Assembly (NCBI GenBank): GCA_031385045.1
Contig: JANNBC010000035.1
Location: 1-29,818, forward strand
Length of the DNA: 29,818 nt
DNA from: a bacterium
GTDB taxonomy: Bacteria > Bdellovibrionota_C > UBA2361 > CALJRW01
Direction: 5' to 3'
Shown here: positions 26,921 through 29,818 of the stretch, piece by piece
How positions within the stretch are numbered: position 1 is the first letter of the stretch
Layout: every line of letters begins with the position of its first letter
The notes under the pieces: generated by a model
What the model was told of the DNA's origin: nothing
Databases searched by the model: none
Seen by the model: only the letters and a program-made list of their open reading frames with translations
Translations under genes and position numbers: made by a program

Positions 26921-28846
26921 ATGGCAAAGAGCAAAAATTATAGTGCTTCGAGTATTGATGTTTTAGAAGGATTAGATCCTGTCAGACATCGACCAGGGAT
27001 GTATATCGGTGGAACTGATTCCGTTGGATTACATCACTTAGTTAAAGAGATTTTAGATAACTCGATTGATGAGGCAATGAACGGCTACGCCTCGGAAATA
27101 ATTGTAGAGTTAGATCGCGATGCTCAGGGTATTAGTATCTCCGATAACGGGCGTGGTATTCCAGTTGATATTCACCCCAAGATGAAAAAGCCAGCGCTGG
27201 AGATTATCTTAACAACACTCCATGCTGGAGGAAAATTTTCTGATGATAGTTACGCTTCTGCCGGTGGACTTCATGGCGTTGGTTCTTCCGTAGTTAATGC
27301 TCTTTCTTCTAAATTAGTTGCCGAGGTGTCGCGAGATGGATTCGTTTGGACACAAGAATATAGCCAAGGTAAGCCAATCACTAAACTACAAAAAGGTTCT
27401 GCAACTAGCAAAACCGGCACAAAGATTTACTTTCAAGCCGATTCAGAAATTTTTAAAATTACAAAATTCGCTAGTTCTGAAATTGAACATCTAGTTGAAG
27501 TTAAAGCCTTTTTAAATAAAGGTCTTAAAATTATTTATAAAGATAATTTAGCTGGGACAGTAAAAACATATTGCTTCCAAGAAGGGGTTAAGGCTTATTT
27601 AGAAACTCTTTTAGATCGTTATAAGATGACTTCTATTAGTAAGGAGAGTTTCTATTTTGATAACAATCAAAGTATTAAAGTGGAGTTAGCTTTTGCTTGG
27701 ACCGAGTCTACCCAAAGTAAAATTCTTTCTTTTGTAAACGGCATTCCTACCGCCCAAGGTGGTAGTCATGAAGATGGATTTAAGAATGGTTTGTCTAAAG
27801 CAATTCGCAATTATATTAATGTTCATGATGTAAAGTTAAAGGGTATCAAACTTACGGGAGATGATTTCCGAGAAGGTTTAATTGCTATTGTTTCGATTAA
27901 TGTTCCTGGTTCAGTTGCTCAATTGCAATTCCAAGGTCAGACTAAAGATAAATTAAATAACGCAGAAGTAACAGCTCCAGTAGAGAATGTCGCTCGTGGT
28001 TTAGAGAACATTTTAAACTCTCAACCGGCGGTTGCTAGTCAAATCATTGAGCGGATTACATTATCTGCTCGGGCTCGACAAGCCGCTCGCCAGGCTTCGC
28101 AAAGTGTTTCTAGGAAAATTGGTGCCGCTCGCCGTTTAAATCTTCCAGGGAAATTAGCGGATTGTTCTAGTACGCAAGCTAATAAATCAGAACTATTTAT
28201 TGTCGAAGGGGATTCGGCTGGTGGTTCTGCTAAACAAGGCCGTGACCGTAAAACTCAAGCGATTTTTCCACTTCGTGGAAAGGTTATGAACACAGTAGCA
28301 TCTGCTAGTAGTAAAGTTACCGCTAATATTGAGTTAATGGATCTTGTCGCCGTCCTAGGTTGCGGGATGGGCGAGAGTCTTGATCTGAAAAAATTAAGAT
28401 ATTCTAAAGTAATTATCTTAACTGATGCTGATTCTGATGGAATGCATATCGCGACATTGTTAATGGCGTTCTTTTACAAATACATGAAGAAGCTAGTTGA
28501 GAATGGTCATGTCTATTTAGGATTACCGCCACTTTATCGAGTGAAGCTTGGTGTTGGCAATAAAGAAGAAACACATTGGACTTATAACGATCAGGACAAA
28601 GAAAAGTTAGTTAAGAAATTTGCTAATCGCAAGATTACAGTTACGCGATTTAAGGGTCTGGGAGAGATGAACCCTAGTACACTTTGGTCAACAACTTTAG
28701 ATCCGAAAACTAGAAGCTTGCTACAGATTGATATCGTTGATGAGTTTGAAGTGAATGCCTCACTAGAAAGTCTTTTAGGTAAAGAAACAGGAGATCGTTT
28801 TCAGCTGATTCAAGAAAATGCCCATCGTTTAGAAGTTGATCTTTAA
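26921..28846 (+). CDS. parE: DNA topoisomerase IV subunit B
   Basis: RPGMYIG, EILDNSIDE, DNGRGIP, GGLHGVG, VEGDSAGG, PLRGK, DADSDG, RFKGLGEM; paired with parC. Confidence 0.85.
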   Translation: MAKSKNYSASSIDVLEGLDPVRHRPGMYIGGTDSVGLHHLVKEILDNSIDEAMNGYASEIIVELDRDAQGISISDNGRGIPVDIHPKMKKPALEIILTTLHAGGKFSDDSYASAGGLHGVGSSVVNALSSKLVAEVSRDGFVWTQEYSQGKPITKLQKGSATSKTGTKIYFQADSEIFKITKFASSEIEHLVEVKAFLNKGLKIIYKDNLAGTVKTYCFQEGVKAYLETLLDRYKMTSISKESFYFDNNQSIKVELAFAWTESTQSKILSFVNGIPTAQGGSHEDGFKNGLSKAIRNYINVHDVKLKGIKLTGDDFREGLIAIVSINVPGSVAQLQFQGQTKDKLNNAEVTAPVENVARGLENILNSQPAVASQIIERITLSARARQAARQASQSVSRKIGAARRLNLPGKLADCSSTQANKSELFIVEGDSAGGSAKQGRDRKTQAIFPLRGKVMNTVASASSKVTANIELMDLVAVLGCGMGESLDLKKLRYSKVIILTDADSDGMHIATLLMAFFYKYMKKLVENGHVYLGLPPLYRVKLGVGNKEETHWTYNDQDKEKLVKKFANRKITVTRFKGLGEMNPSTLWSTTLDPKTRSLLQIDIVDEFEVNASLESLLGKETGDRFQLIQENAHRLEVDL

Positions 28847-28848
28847 GA

Positions 28849-29199
28849 CTAGGAGCTTGTGACTAGAGCTTCTAATCCCGCAAATAATTTAGAAATAGAA
28901 CGATAGGTGATCACCTCAAATTTAATTGGTAGATTACCTGTCTCTTTTCTGATCTGTGCTTCAATTTCAGCTAGATCTCTTGTCGAATCATGTGGTTCTG
29001 CAAACAACACTCTAATATATGGTTTGCCAGAATCTTTTTGTCGTTCAATCGAGAATGGTTCTAGAAATGCTTTTTTCAGTTCCACAATTTTCTGATCTAA
29101 CTCACGATCAAGTTTTGGTGTAAAGCTAAAGCTGTCTAAGCTCAGTAAACCAGTTGCCAGTCTAATCATATAAGATTTGATAAATAATTTTATATCCAT
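28849..29199 (-). CDS. Hypothetical protein
   Basis: 116-aa ORF filling the space between parE and the next gene; no motif recognised. Confidence 0.55.
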   Translation of the reverse strand: MDIKLFIKSYMIRLATGLLSLDSFSFTPKLDRELDQKIVELKKAFLEPFSIERQKDSGKPYIRVLFAEPHDSTRDLAEIEAQIRKETGNLPIKFEVITYRSISKLFAGLEALVTSS

Positions 29200-29367
29200 A
29201 ATTTAGCAATTTCTGCTAGGTAATCAATACCTCCGTTAGCACTCTGTAGCTAATCCATTTTTATAAAAAAGTAGATTAGCTAGTAAAATACCCCAGCTCT
29301 TGCTATAAAAGTATTATGGTAATTAGTTTTTAGCTTGATTAATTGACCATAATCTAGATTGTCATTT

Positions 29368-29818
29368 ATGAGCGACTCAAAAACTAAAGATCTAATTAAT
29401 AGCATTAAAAACCTTACTCGGCGTCGTTCTCCGACACAAGAGTTTGCCAATCTGCTTGATATTATGAATATCACTGAAGAGCAGCGCTTAAAAAACATGG
29501 AACAAGATTTGAGCCTAAATTACACTCTTTGGGCAGAGCATTTTCAAATGCTAAAAGATGAATTTAATGCCCTTTGGGAATTTTTTCTTTCAATTGAAAA
29601 AGAGGGCAAAGGCTGGTTCTGCGTTTCTCCTTGTCTAGTGTCTTGGCGAGCTGTAGGATATAGCTCGCGTGATGGCTATATGTTTGGTGCAACTATTGCT
29701 AAGAACAAAGATCGCAATGCACCGATGCCCGAAAAAAGTTTAGCTGTTACCTTTGCCGTAGAAGAATGGGGTGGTGGAGTTGGAGATGAGCGGGAGCTTG
29801 GTCGCCATGGTAAAGTTG
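29368..29818 (+). CDS. Hypothetical protein, runs off window end (not in ORF track)
   Basis: ATG at 29368 opens a stop-free frame MSDSKTKDLINSIKNL...ELGRHGKV of about 150 codons to the edge. Confidence 0.75.
   Translation, partial: MSDSKTKDLINSIKNLTRRRSPTQEFANLLDIMNITEEQRLKNMEQDLSLNYTLWAEHFQMLKDEFNALWEFFLSIEKEGKGWFCVSPCLVSWRAVGYSSRDGYMFGATIAKNKDRNAPMPEKSLAVTFAVEEWGGGVGDERELGRHGKV

Noticed and set aside
24645..28846. DNA gyrase gyrA/gyrB assignment
   Set aside because: The A subunit lacks a GyrA-box, has a short C-terminal domain and an ACYEAMV ParC-type QRDR, so topoisomerase IV is preferred.
1399..29498. Short ORF-track entries overlapping larger genes (1399, 2842, 9003, 9395, 9864, 10483, 11895, 12340, 12628, 19862, 22201, 28907, 29280)
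   Set aside because: Antisense or off-frame shadows of better-supported genes, with no motifs.

Overview
AT-rich bacterial chromosomal window; the gene content suggests a Deltaproteobacteria/Bdellovibrionota-like host (inference only). The left end (1-6 kb) is a decaying surface-glycan locus: an egghead-like GT2, wzm/wzt, and two broken sulfotransferases, interrupted by IS3, IS21 and a complete IS110. The IS110 bridge-RNA guide segments can be matched base by base to its own ends and its target. The middle holds housekeeping genes (SRPBCC, rsmE, DsbA/HCCA isomerase, MetF-like, DEAH helicase, orphan nuoI), a Flp pilin missing from the ORF track, and two GT-C membrane proteins separated by the second copy of a ~200-bp covarying multi-hairpin repeat. 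The best novel-system candidate is an overlapping three-gene operon at 18706-23967 (-): group II-like reverse transcriptase (PTG/YGDD), MOP/MATE-flippase-like membrane protein with a soluble tail, and a signal-peptide PLD/HKD enzyme. A candidate structured RNA lies just past its 3' end. The right end carries sspB, parC, parE and hypothetical genes. All assignments come from motif recognition by eye; no searches were run.
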